From assembly GCA_965218425.1 (NCBI GenBank), contig OZ244621.1, forward strand, positions 96,001 through 160,000: a stretch of 64,000 bases of DNA, in the 5' to 3' direction. The position numbers and the translations under genes are program-made. The notes under the pieces are model-generated. The model was not told the origin of the DNA, ran no database searches, and worked only from the letters and a program-made list of their open reading frames with translations. The stretch comes from an uncultured Candidatus Binatia bacterium. Lineage in GTDB: Bacteria; Desulfobacterota; Binatia; UBA9968; CAXXLF01. This document shows positions 1-8,508 of the stretch, piece by piece (position 1 is the stretch's first letter; each line of letters starts with the position of its first letter).

Positions 1-484
1 CCTTCTTCCAGTGGACTTTGATTTTCTGGGGCCGGCGGCATTGACTAAGGGATATCGATTCGCATTCGACCCAAGGGATACCGCCGGAAAGGATCGTCTA
101 AAGGTCCTCGAGCAGTCCAAAGGGGTCTGGGACTGCGTCCACTGTTTCGAGGCCACTGAACACTGCCCCAGGGGCATCGACCCGACAAAGCGGATTATGG
201 CTATAAGGGACAAGGCCTTCAAAGTTGGCATTAGCAATGAGAGAGTCGCGCGGCATCACAAGAGCTTTGCAGCTTCTGTCAAGGAAAGCGGATGGTTGGA
301 CGAAGGGCGGCTTGCGGTGGAATCTGAAGGCCTGACCAACGTGAAGGGTCTAGCAGGGCTTCTCCCCACAGCCGCAAGGGCTTTGGTTAGAGGAAAGGCC
401 CCTATTCCCTATATGCACGCGAAAAGGCCTGGGGCCGACCGAATCAAGCGGATATTTGAAAAAGGAGAAAAGGAGAAGAAATGA
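1..484 (+). CDS. sdhB: succinate dehydrogenase/fumarate reductase Fe-S subunit, C-terminal part (5' end outside window), with HdrC-like extension
   Basis: FLGPAAL..YRF..DPRD and GVWDCVHCFEATEHCPRGIDP motifs; overlaps start of HdrB-like gene (ATG at 481). Confidence 0.8.
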   Translation, partial: LLPVDFDFLGPAALTKGYRFAFDPRDTAGKDRLKVLEQSKGVWDCVHCFEATEHCPRGIDPTKRIMAIRDKAFKVGISNERVARHHKSFAASVKESGWLDEGRLAVESEGLTNVKGLAGLLPTAARALVRGKAPIPYMHAKRPGADRIKRIFEKGEKEKK

Positions 485-1362
485 AATACGCTTTTTATCC
501 TGGTTGCGTTTCCCGTGGCGGGTGCCCGGAGCTTTATCCGTCGGCCGTGAAAGTTTCAGACGCGTTGGGGATTGAACTGGAGGAGATGAAGGATGTGGCC
601 TGCACGGGCGCCGGGGTTCTCCCCCAGTACGTCTCCGACCCAATTAATGCCCGCACCTTTGCCAAGGCGGAAAAAATGGGTCATTCAATCATGACCATTT
701 GCAGCACCTGCCAGGGTGTGATGCTTCAGGCCAATTACAGGCTCAAAAATGATCCAGATTATCGAGCCATGATCAACAAAGAATACCTTGCAGAGGAGGG
801 GCTCGAGTACAAAGGAACCATCGAGGTCAAGCATCTCCTCTGGGTTATCTTTGAAGACTACGGCATTGAGCGTCTAAAGTCTTTGATCAAAAAACCCCTT
901 AATGGGCTCAGAGTATCCCCTTTTTATGGTTGTTTCTTGCGCCGGCCTCCCGAGGTTGTTGTCCCCACGAAGGCAGAGGCTGCAAGAAAAACTTATTTGA
1001 ATGATTTGATAAGGATTCTAGGCGCCGAGTGCGTGGACTTCAGTGGCATGGGCAAGTGCTGTGGCTTTCCCATTTTAACGGCTAACGAACAAAACTCCCT
1101 CGCAATGGTTGGAAAGCATACAGGTGAGGCAAAGGATAAAGGGGCGGACTGTATGCTTACTCCGTGCCCCCTCTGTCACCTGAACTTGGATGGGAACCAA
1201 TCCAAAGCGGCGCAACAAGAGGGAAAAGATATCGGACTGCCCATAATCCATTTACCTCAATTCCTGGCCATGGCCCTTGGCTTTGACACAAAAGACCTGG
1301 ACTTGAAACGGCACCTTGTCTCAGCGGATACAGTCGAATCCAAGGTGAACATGCTTACCTAG
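481..1362 (+). CDS. CCG-domain protein, heterodisulfide reductase subunit B-like (SdhE of type E Sdh)
   Basis: MKYAFYPGC, CTGAG, CSTCQ, FYGC, KCCG, PCPLCHLNLD motifs. Confidence 0.9.
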   Translation: MKYAFYPGCVSRGGCPELYPSAVKVSDALGIELEEMKDVACTGAGVLPQYVSDPINARTFAKAEKMGHSIMTICSTCQGVMLQANYRLKNDPDYRAMINKEYLAEEGLEYKGTIEVKHLLWVIFEDYGIERLKSLIKKPLNGLRVSPFYGCFLRRPPEVVVPTKAEAARKTYLNDLIRILGAECVDFSGMGKCCGFPILTANEQNSLAMVGKHTGEAKDKGADCMLTPCPLCHLNLDGNQSKAAQQEGKDIGLPIIHLPQFLAMALGFDTKDLDLKRHLVSADTVESKVNMLT

Positions 1363-1471
1363 GAACCCCTCGGTGGATAGCCTTGGCTTATCTTGTGCTT
1401 GCCGGGTCGTAATCGTGCGCCGCCCCGGCATTCAAACCAAGGGTTATCGCCAGACAGACAAATCGTAGCTC

Positions 1472-1675
1472 ATGACCGTGGAAAATAAATCACCTAACCC
1501 CGTGAGCCTCGCCCGTGAGATTATGCGGTTCCACAAAGAAAAACACCCGTACGGTCGTAACTACGCGGTTCGAGTCCGGCTAGGTCACGCTGAGATTCAG
1601 GACGTGACTGCCGTTGCAGAGATTCTTTCGGCAATTAAAGAGCTCGGGTATGAGGTGGTGAAGAGGAACAAGTAA
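1472..1675 (+). CDS. small hypothetical protein (67 aa)
   Basis: ORF ends 3 nt before frdA start; no recognisable motif. Confidence 0.5.
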   Translation: MTVENKSPNPVSLAREIMRFHKEKHPYGRNYAVRVRLGHAEIQDVTAVAEILSAIKELGYEVVKRNK

Positions 1676-1678
1676 GGA

Positions 1679-3412
1679 ATGGTAAGCCACGACCTCGTTG
1701 TTGTCGGAGGAGGCGGTGCCGGCTTGAGGGCCGCCATTGCCGCCGCAGAGTCATCCAACCAAAAATTGTCCATTGGCGTCGTCTCCAAGGTCTATCCCAT
1801 GCGGAGCCATACGGTATCCGCCGAGGGAGGATCGGCAGCCGTGCTACGACCGAACGACAGCCATGACCTCCATTGCAAGGATACCATCTTCGGGGCGGAT
1901 TTTCTGGCCGACCAGGACGTTGTGGAGGCCTTTGTCAATGAAGCCCCGGCGGAATTGATCCAGATGGAACACTGGGGTTGCCCGTGGAGCCGTGACCCAG
2001 ATGGAAAGGTCAGTGCGCGGTCCTTTGGAGGGATGAGCGTCGATCGTACGTTATTTGCGGCTGATAAGACCGGTTTCCATATGCTGCATGCCCTGTTTCA
2101 GACCTCCCTCAAGTACGAAAACATTGTGCGCTATGACGAGTTCTTTCTGACATCCCTGCTGTCTGACGATGGCAAGGTTCGGGGCGTAACCGCGCTCAAC
2201 ATTTATACGGGTCAATTGGAGGGGATCTCTGCCAAGGCCGTGATTATGTGCACGGGTGGTGCAGGACGGATATTCCCCTTTACCACAAACGCGGCCATTA
2301 AGACCGGCGATGGGATGGCCCTTGCCTACCGCGCAGGGGTGCCCTTAAAGGACATGGAATTTGTCCAGTATCACCCCACGGGATTACCCGGCACGGGTAT
2401 CCTGATCACCGAGGCGTCAAGGGGCGAGGGAGGCTGGCTAAGAAATAAGGACGGTTACCGCTACCTTCAGGATTATGGGTTGGGCCCTCCCACCGATACG
2501 CCAACCCATAAAAAGATGGAGCTTGGTCCACGCGACATTCTATCCCGCTGCCACATGCAGGAGCTGCAAAAAGGACGTACCTTTGAAGGTCCCAATGGTC
2601 ACTATGTCCACCTCGACCTTCGACACCTGGGCGAGGAGAAGATAAACCTGAAGCTCCCCTTTGTAAGGGAGTTGGCCAGTAAATACGTGGGCATCGATCC
2701 GGTCTACGAACCCATCCCTGTTCGTCCAGTGGTTCACTATATGATGGGAGGCATTCATACCGATATCACGGGAAAAACTCCCATTGAGGGCCTCTACGCT
2801 GCCGGGGAAACCGCCTGTGTGTCCATCAACGGCGCCAATCGGTTGGGATCCAACTCGCTCACTGAGTGCCTCGTCTTCGGCGCCCGCGCTGGAAAGGCAG
2901 CTTCCGAATATATCCAAGGGCAGTCTCCACCTTCTTCCATTACCCTCGAAGCCCTTGCCCGCGACGAGCAGAATCGAATCGACAGCCAATTCCTTAATAA
3001 CAAGAACGGGAAAGAGCGCATCGCGGACATTCGCACCGAGATGCAGATGTCCATGGAGGAAGGCATCGGGGTTTATCGCAGCGAGGAGTCCATGAAAGAA
3101 ACCTGCAATAAGCTGGCCGATCTCAGGGGACGTTTTGCCAATATCAAAGTTGAAGATGCTAAAGGCGTGTTCAATACGGAACTCACCAGCGCCCTGGAAT
3201 TGGACTTTATGCTGGATATTGCACTGGCAGTGACCCATTGCGCCCTTGAACGAAAAGAGTCCCGAGGGTCTCACACTCGAACGGACTTTCCCGAAAGGGA
3301 TGACGACCAATACCTGAAACACTCCCTTGCCTATCGCACCCAGGGAGAGCCAAAGGTGGATTACCTGCCGGTTACCATCACTCGTTGGCAGCCGGAGGAA
3401 CGAAAATACTAG
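1679..3412 (+). CDS. frdA: fumarate reductase/succinate dehydrogenase flavoprotein subunit
   Basis: GGGGAG FAD motif, [10 protein letters not shown] covalent-FAD His, [28 protein letters not shown]. Confidence 0.97.
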   Translation: MVSHDLVVVGGGGAGLRAAIAAAESSNQKLSIGVVSKVYPMRSHTVSAEGGSAAVLRPNDSHDLHCKDTIFGADFLADQDVVEAFVNEAPAELIQMEHWGCPWSRDPDGKVSARSFGGMSVDRTLFAADKTGFHMLHALFQTSLKYENIVRYDEFFLTSLLSDDGKVRGVTALNIYTGQLEGISAKAVIMCTGGAGRIFPFTTNAAIKTGDGMALAYRAGVPLKDMEFVQYHPTGLPGTGILITEASRGEGGWLRNKDGYRYLQDYGLGPPTDTPTHKKMELGPRDILSRCHMQELQKGRTFEGPNGHYVHLDLRHLGEEKINLKLPFVRELASKYVGIDPVYEPIPVRPVVHYMMGGIHTDITGKTPIEGLYAAGETACVSINGANRLGSNSLTECLVFGARAGKAASEYIQGQSPPSSITLEALARDEQNRIDSQFLNNKNGKERIADIRTEMQMSMEEGIGVYRSEESMKETCNKLADLRGRFANIKVEDAKGVFNTELTSALELDFMLDIALAVTHCALERKESRGSHTRTDFPERDDDQYLKHSLAYRTQGEPKVDYLPVTITRWQPEERKY

Positions 3413-3435
3413 CCCATGGTGGAAGAGGAGTTTTG

Positions 3436-4182
3436 ATGAGCGACGAGAAGGTCACACTGAAGGTTACCCGCTACCGGCCAGGTCAGGATTTGGCCCCGAC
3501 CATGCAGAGTTACACGGTTCCCTATCGTAGCGATTGGGTGGTGCTGGATGCGTTAAACTATATCAAAGATCAGATGGATGGGACTCTGAGCTACCGCTGG
3601 TCCTGTCGTATGGGCGTATGCGGTAGCTGCGGGATGATGGTCAACAACGTTCCCAAGTTAACCTGCGCTGCATTTTTGCGCGATTACTATCCGGGAGAGA
3701 TCCGCGTTGAGCCTCTGGTGAATTTCCCGGTTATTCGCGACCTGGTCATTGATATGAGTGATTTCATGGCCAAGCTAAAGAGCGTGAAGCCGTGGATCAT
3801 TCGTGAATGGGAAAAGCCCGTATCCGAAGGAGAGTATCTCCAGACTCCCGAACAGCTCGACGCTTACAAGCAGTTCACGCAATGCATCAACTGCATGCTG
3901 TGCTATGCCGCCTGTCCGGTCTACGGTCTGGAACCTGAATTTGTGGGGCCCGCGGCTATTGCGTTGGGATACCGCTACAATATGGATTCACGGGATCAGG
4001 GCAACACAGAGCGGGAGTCGGTCATTGGGGGCCATGACGGCGTGTGGCACTGCACCTTCGTGGGCGAATGCAGCGAGGTTTGTCCCAAGCATGTGGATCC
4101 AGCGGCCGCCATCCAGCGTTCCAAGGTCAATACCACAAAGCAATGGTTCACCTCTTTGCTTTTACCCTGGGGGCAGAGATGA
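3436..4182 (+). CDS. frdB: fumarate reductase iron-sulfur subunit
   Basis: [10 protein letters not shown] [2Fe-2S], [12 protein letters not shown] [4Fe-4S], [12 protein letters not shown] [3Fe-4S]; GAGGAG RBS before ATG 3436. Confidence 0.96.
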   Translation: MSDEKVTLKVTRYRPGQDLAPTMQSYTVPYRSDWVVLDALNYIKDQMDGTLSYRWSCRMGVCGSCGMMVNNVPKLTCAAFLRDYYPGEIRVEPLVNFPVIRDLVIDMSDFMAKLKSVKPWIIREWEKPVSEGEYLQTPEQLDAYKQFTQCINCMLCYAACPVYGLEPEFVGPAAIALGYRYNMDSRDQGNTERESVIGGHDGVWHCTFVGECSEVCPKHVDPAAAIQRSKVNTTKQWFTSLLLPWGQR

Positions 4183-4272
4183 CCCGTTCGATTAAGCTCA
4201 GGGTTATCCTGAGGAGGTCCGAAGGATGAGTCGCTCAATCCCGAGGAAGACCGATGGGAGGAGTTTCGAAGG

Positions 4273-4686
4273 ATGAACGGTCCGGGGCCCGATAAGTCCA
4301 AGCTCTATTATCCCAGCATGCCCACCATGTGGTGGTTGAGGAAGCGCAGTTACTTCCTTTTCATGGTCAGGGAGCTATCGAGTGTTTTTATAGCGCTCTT
4401 TCTCGTTGTTTTTCTCGCTCAGATCTACCAGTTAGCCGATGGCCAGCAGTCCTACACCGCCTTCATTCAAGGACTCGGGTCTCCTGCGTGGATTACCTTT
4501 CACGTGGTGGCCCTCTTGTTCGCCCTTTATCACACCTTTACATGGTTCCAATCCAGCTCGGTGGTTCTTCAGATTAAGATCGGGCGACGGGTGCTCCCTC
4601 GCTCGGTTGTCATGGCCCTCCACGTTGGAGCTTGGGTGGTGGCCTCCGCCGTTGTTTTAATCATGTTTATTTCACTACGGAGTTAA
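4273..4686 (+). CDS. frdC: fumarate reductase membrane anchor subunit C
   Basis: WW....Y..FM.RE, three hydrophobic helices, YHTFTWF; position after frdB. Confidence 0.88.
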   Translation: MNGPGPDKSKLYYPSMPTMWWLRKRSYFLFMVRELSSVFIALFLVVFLAQIYQLADGQQSYTAFIQGLGSPAWITFHVVALLFALYHTFTWFQSSSVVLQIKIGRRVLPRSVVMALHVGAWVVASAVVLIMFISLRS

Positions 4687-4688
4687 AA

Positions 4689-5024
4689 GTGGCTGAGAAA
4701 AAGACATGTGAGCCCTTTTGGTGGGCGCTGTTCTCTGCAGGGGGAGTGGTGGCGGCTTTTCTGGTTCCAATCCATATTGTTCTAGTGGGTTTGGCGGTCC
4801 CCCTTGGTTGGATCTCGGATTCCGGCGTGTTATATCAGCAATGGTGGGTCAAGGCTTATCTCTTTGTGCTCATCAGTCTGCCTCTTTACCATTGGGCTCA
4901 CCGATTTTACTTTACCCTGAACGACATGGGGCTGAAAGCGATGGGTAAATCCCTTGCCGTCTTATGTTACGGAGGTGCGGTTTTGGGCACATTTATAACC
5001 ATTTGGATCCTGCTACAGGTATAG
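4689..5024 (+). CDS. frdD: fumarate reductase membrane anchor subunit D
   Basis: EPFWWALFSAGG, LPLYHWAHR, CYG motifs; GTG start 2 nt after frdC stop. Confidence 0.88.
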   Translation: MAEKKTCEPFWWALFSAGGVVAAFLVPIHIVLVGLAVPLGWISDSGVLYQQWWVKAYLFVLISLPLYHWAHRFYFTLNDMGLKAMGKSLAVLCYGGAVLGTFITIWILLQV

Positions 5025-5033
5025 GAGGTTAAA

Positions 5034-5315
5034 ATGGCTGAGCAAGAAGAAAAATTAACTCAGGCCGACTTCGTAAAACGGGCAATCCAAAAGCTGAGAA
5101 AAGATCCCTATAAAGGTATCCACTCAGTCTATTCAGGTTTCAATGAGGCATTTCGGGGATATTTCAACGAAGATCCCATCAAATGGACTAATCAGCTGGC
5201 TTCTCAAGGGGTGATCGAGACCCGTCCGGCACGAGGTGGGGTTATGCTTTATCTGCCGGGAGAGGCTCCGGCGCGTAGCACCGGTCAGGACGTACTCAAA
5301 AAGATGGGGCTTTGA
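5034..5315 (+). CDS. conserved-looking hypothetical protein (93 aa)
   Basis: AGGAGG RBS, 9 nt after frdD; protein-like composition. Confidence 0.75.
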   Translation: MAEQEEKLTQADFVKRAIQKLRKDPYKGIHSVYSGFNEAFRGYFNEDPIKWTNQLASQGVIETRPARGGVMLYLPGEAPARSTGQDVLKKMGL

Positions 5316-5348
5316 CCTTACTCCGGCGATTCTTCCCAATCGACCCGT

Positions 5349-5747
5349 TCACTCATAAATTATAAGCTCCAAGAGATTCTGGTCCGGATCTCGGAAGTAG
5401 ATACTTTCACCAGTTGTGCCACCGGCCCGTCCTCCGGATCGAGTAACAGGACCTGCCTCAATGGGGATGGCCAGCCGTTCAAGAAGCTCCATCAACGAAT
5501 CACGCGTCCCACTCCATACAAAGCAGAAATCACCACACCCTGGTCGAGCCGTAGGGCCCTTGAGAATATATTCGTTAGACTGCCACGCAGCCGGTCCGTG
5601 GAAATTGATCTTATGGTCGCCGAAATGAACCGAGAAACGCGATTCCGACGATTGCTTTACCGTAAATCCAAGGCGCTCGTAGAAAACGAGCATCTCATCC
5701 ACCCTGGCGATAGGAATGGCTACATGATCGAAACCTGCGATGGCCAT
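5349..5747 (-). CDS. VOC/glyoxalase family protein
   Basis: FDHVAI...FYERLGF, SIYFRDPDQNLLEL. Confidence 0.9.
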   Translation of the reverse strand: MAIAGFDHVAIPIARVDEMLVFYERLGFTVKQSSESRFSVHFGDHKINFHGPAAWQSNEYILKGPTARPGCGDFCFVWSGTRDSLMELLERLAIPIEAGPVTRSGGRAGGTTGESIYFRDPDQNLLELIIYE

Positions 5748-6018
5748 ATCGCGCCCCCTTTGCCCGTAAAGTCATCACCTTTGTAACTCGCAAGCCCTCT
5801 CTATGACCCTAACCGTGACTTCCGCCATCTCGAAAAAGCACCTGATTCCTAACAAGGCGACCAATGGCCAGCACCATAGGGAAAACAACTAACGCTCCCG
5901 GCACCAACAGCGAGATTATAATAAGAGACACTCGCATGGCACGGGTTTCGTATTGTTTCAACTTGTCGATGGCAACTACTAGCTACGCTGATGCTAGAGC
6001 TTTCATTCGCAGCCACGG

Positions 6019-6834
6019 CTAATTTTTCGGCGTATACACTACGGGTATGCCATTGGTTCCAACTGGAATATAAACCGTTGTATGGTTGGGCGAGCTGGCC
6101 ATTTTTTGCTGAGCCATGATCGCCTCGTGTTGCAGGTAGTTGGCCGTTAGGGTTTCATTGATAATTCTCTGCGCCTCGGCAATACCCTTTGCCTCTTCGA
6201 TCTTTATTTCGGCATCCCTTTGGGCTATTTCTTTCTGTACAATTTTCTCTTCCAAAAGTTGCTGCGCGGCAAATTTCTGCTCAACGGCCTTAGAAACTAC
6301 CGGCGGATAATCGACATTTCCAACAACAAGACTCACCAGTTGGAAAGGCGTGCCTTTTACATGCTCCAATAGCTTGCTCTTGATCTTATCGGCAAGAACG
6401 TCGCGATTGCCCTTAATTTCTCGACTCGTGTATTGTTGCACGGAAGCCCGAATGAACGTTCTGAATGGCTCTTTTACAAACCGTGTGTACCAGTTTTTGC
6501 CACCGTACTTTTGCACGATCTCTTTGACCGATCCTGGAGCGATGGAAATGACTGCGTGAAATCTGAAGGCGACATTCAAATCGTCCTTTGCCAGAATTTT
6601 GAGATCTTCGTCGTAAGTGAGTGGCCGCATATCAATGTTGGTGACCCGATTGCGCCACAATGAAAACCCGAAGTTACCCGGACCTTTGATGACTCCCCGG
6701 AATCCGCCTTTGCCATATACTCGGGGTTCCTCATAAACATACCCTTCGTTCCCCGCAGGGGTGTGTGAGTTCGTGCAACCAGTGATCAGGAAAAGAATAA
6801 GAAACACCCCCGACAACAGTAATGAGTGCTTCAT
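6019..6834 (-). CDS. SPFH/band 7/prohibitin domain lipoprotein
   Basis: lipobox-like ITGC; AVEQK..AQQ...IEEAKGIAEAQ coiled segment. Confidence 0.85.
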   Translation of the reverse strand: MKHSLLLSGVFLILFLITGCTNSHTPAGNEGYVYEEPRVYGKGGFRGVIKGPGNFGFSLWRNRVTNIDMRPLTYDEDLKILAKDDLNVAFRFHAVISIAPGSVKEIVQKYGGKNWYTRFVKEPFRTFIRASVQQYTSREIKGNRDVLADKIKSKLLEHVKGTPFQLVSLVVGNVDYPPVVSKAVEQKFAAQQLLEEKIVQKEIAQRDAEIKIEEAKGIAEAQRIINETLTANYLQHEAIMAQQKMASSPNHTTVYIPVGTNGIPVVYTPKN

Positions 6835-6904
6835 AATAACCTCCTATCGTTTGGCTAGAACCTGTACAATATACCGTAAAACATTTGAAAGCTAACGGAT
6901 AAGC

Positions 6905-7378
6905 TCATCCCGTTAGGTTTGTCCTGGAGGGCACTCGGAAGGATTCCGCTGGATTTGAACGTTTAAGATATGTCGTAATCTTTAATATTTTGGCGGTACT
7001 TAGCGTCTGAATGACGCCTCTATGATTGCAATTTGAGATCATGCAGGGTTTTCCCCTAGAAATAGTTTTCCGTTCTCTTCCTTCATTGGGATTGCTAAAA
7101 CCGCCGTTCTGCCCTGAAGTACGGAAATCGAGCCTTTCCGCTTCAAGCATTTCCCGAACCTGCGCTTTTGCACCGGTATGCCAGTTGAAAGGATATCGTT
7201 TTTTGAACCTTCGATGTTCGCTTCGATATAAGCGGCAAGGAAATCAATTTTTGATGAGCTCGGACTCGATCCTCACTTTTTTCGCTTCTGCCCGGAAGGT
7301 TTGAGTCCGATATCCTTGATTCTCGCCTTTCCCATCAGTACATGATGTCAAAGCGAGAAAAGCCAATACCAGACGCAA
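6905..7378 (-). pseudogene. possible degraded lipoprotein gene
   Basis: frame reads LRLVLAFLALTSC... then an in-frame TGA and continues into ORF 6905-7150; no family recognised. Confidence 0.3.
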
Positions 7379-7393
7379 CCTTTTGTACACCCG

Positions 7394-8500
7394 TTAATCC
7401 AGCCAGTCTTTATCTTTCAATTTTTGGGGAAGATACTTTTTGGTGAGGTATTGAAAGTCCTTGTTGGCGAGGGCGTCCAGTTCGTACTTGAGACCCATTG
7501 AGAGCATTCGCTTGATTTCTTTCTGCCATTCCTTTTTTTGAAACCATGGGTAGTTCATAAGCTCTTTGGCCCGGGTAACGTCTTTATCGTTGAGCTTGAT
7601 GCCGACATTACGCGGGAGACCGTATTTTTCTGGATCGGCACTGGAAAGGCCGATAAATTTGGCCTTCGGAATGGCCATGCGCTGACTTTCAAAAGCAAGG
7701 TTGATGGAGCCCTGCTTGACCACCGAGTAGATATAATAACCCCAGGGGTCATTGTCCACGAGGACATAGACCGGGAGCCCCTTTTCTTCGTGCAGCCGGC
7801 GCGCCAGGCGCCTGACGCCTCGTGGCGGTTGGCCATTTCCCGTAAGGAGGACACAGTTATGTCCCCGCCAAAACTTGTCTTCCGAAAGTCGATTCCACTG
7901 GGTACCCTTCTCAACGAGAAGGACGAAATCAGCGGCACATCTCCTGATCTGGATGTATTCCGGCTCGACGATGGAGGGAACAGAGTAGCCGCCCTTCCCC
8001 AGCCGGGTACAGTCCACCTGGTCACCGTCATCAACCAATACCAGTGGTCCGATAACGGTACCGCCGTTGTCGGCACGTACATGTAATTCTTCACGGAGGG
8101 CTTCCAGGGAGACTTCCAGGTCTTCGATGACGGGATCTGATTCGTTTTGGCCGTCAAAAGTATTTTCGTGTGAGTCTTTAATCGTATGTTTGGCGCGGTA
8201 GTAGATTTCCCTGAGAGAGGTGGTGAGGTTCAATCGCTGGAGCTCGGACAGGGCATCCGCCACGAGCACTGTCTGCATAAATTTCTTCGCCATACCCACA
8301 TTGAAAAAAGAGCGAGCCTGTTTATTCTTTCCCATCTCGATAATGCGTTTCTTCTGGTTAAACTTGACATTGGAAAGTGAGCGCACGGGAATTTCAAGTG
8401 TCGGGTCCTTGCTCTTTTGCGCGGCCGTGATGACTGTGTCCGCGACTCCAACAAGTTTCTTCGCCACTGCACCGTTACTGCTGGGCTTTTTTCGTGCCAT
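7394..8500 (-). CDS. top6A: DNA topoisomerase VI subunit A
   Basis: LREIYY catalytic Tyr (5Y-CAP), VEK, GQP, VDNDPWG TOPRIM DxD, YELDAL. Confidence 0.95.
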   Translation of the reverse strand: MARKKPSSNGAVAKKLVGVADTVITAAQKSKDPTLEIPVRSLSNVKFNQKKRIIEMGKNKQARSFFNVGMAKKFMQTVLVADALSELQRLNLTTSLREIYYRAKHTIKDSHENTFDGQNESDPVIEDLEVSLEALREELHVRADNGGTVIGPLVLVDDGDQVDCTRLGKGGYSVPSIVEPEYIQIRRCAADFVLLVEKGTQWNRLSEDKFWRGHNCVLLTGNGQPPRGVRRLARRLHEEKGLPVYVLVDNDPWGYYIYSVVKQGSINLAFESQRMAIPKAKFIGLSSADPEKYGLPRNVGIKLNDKDVTRAKELMNYPWFQKKEWQKEIKRMLSMGLKYELDALANKDFQYLTKKYLPQKLKDKDWLD

Positions 8501-8508
8501 TGTGTTAC

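Noticed and set aside
4211..4277. Duplicated GAGG..CGAAGGATGA creating a 16-codon ORF overlapping the frdC start
   Set aside because: Short repeat; plausible by local duplication or chance, with no evidence of function.
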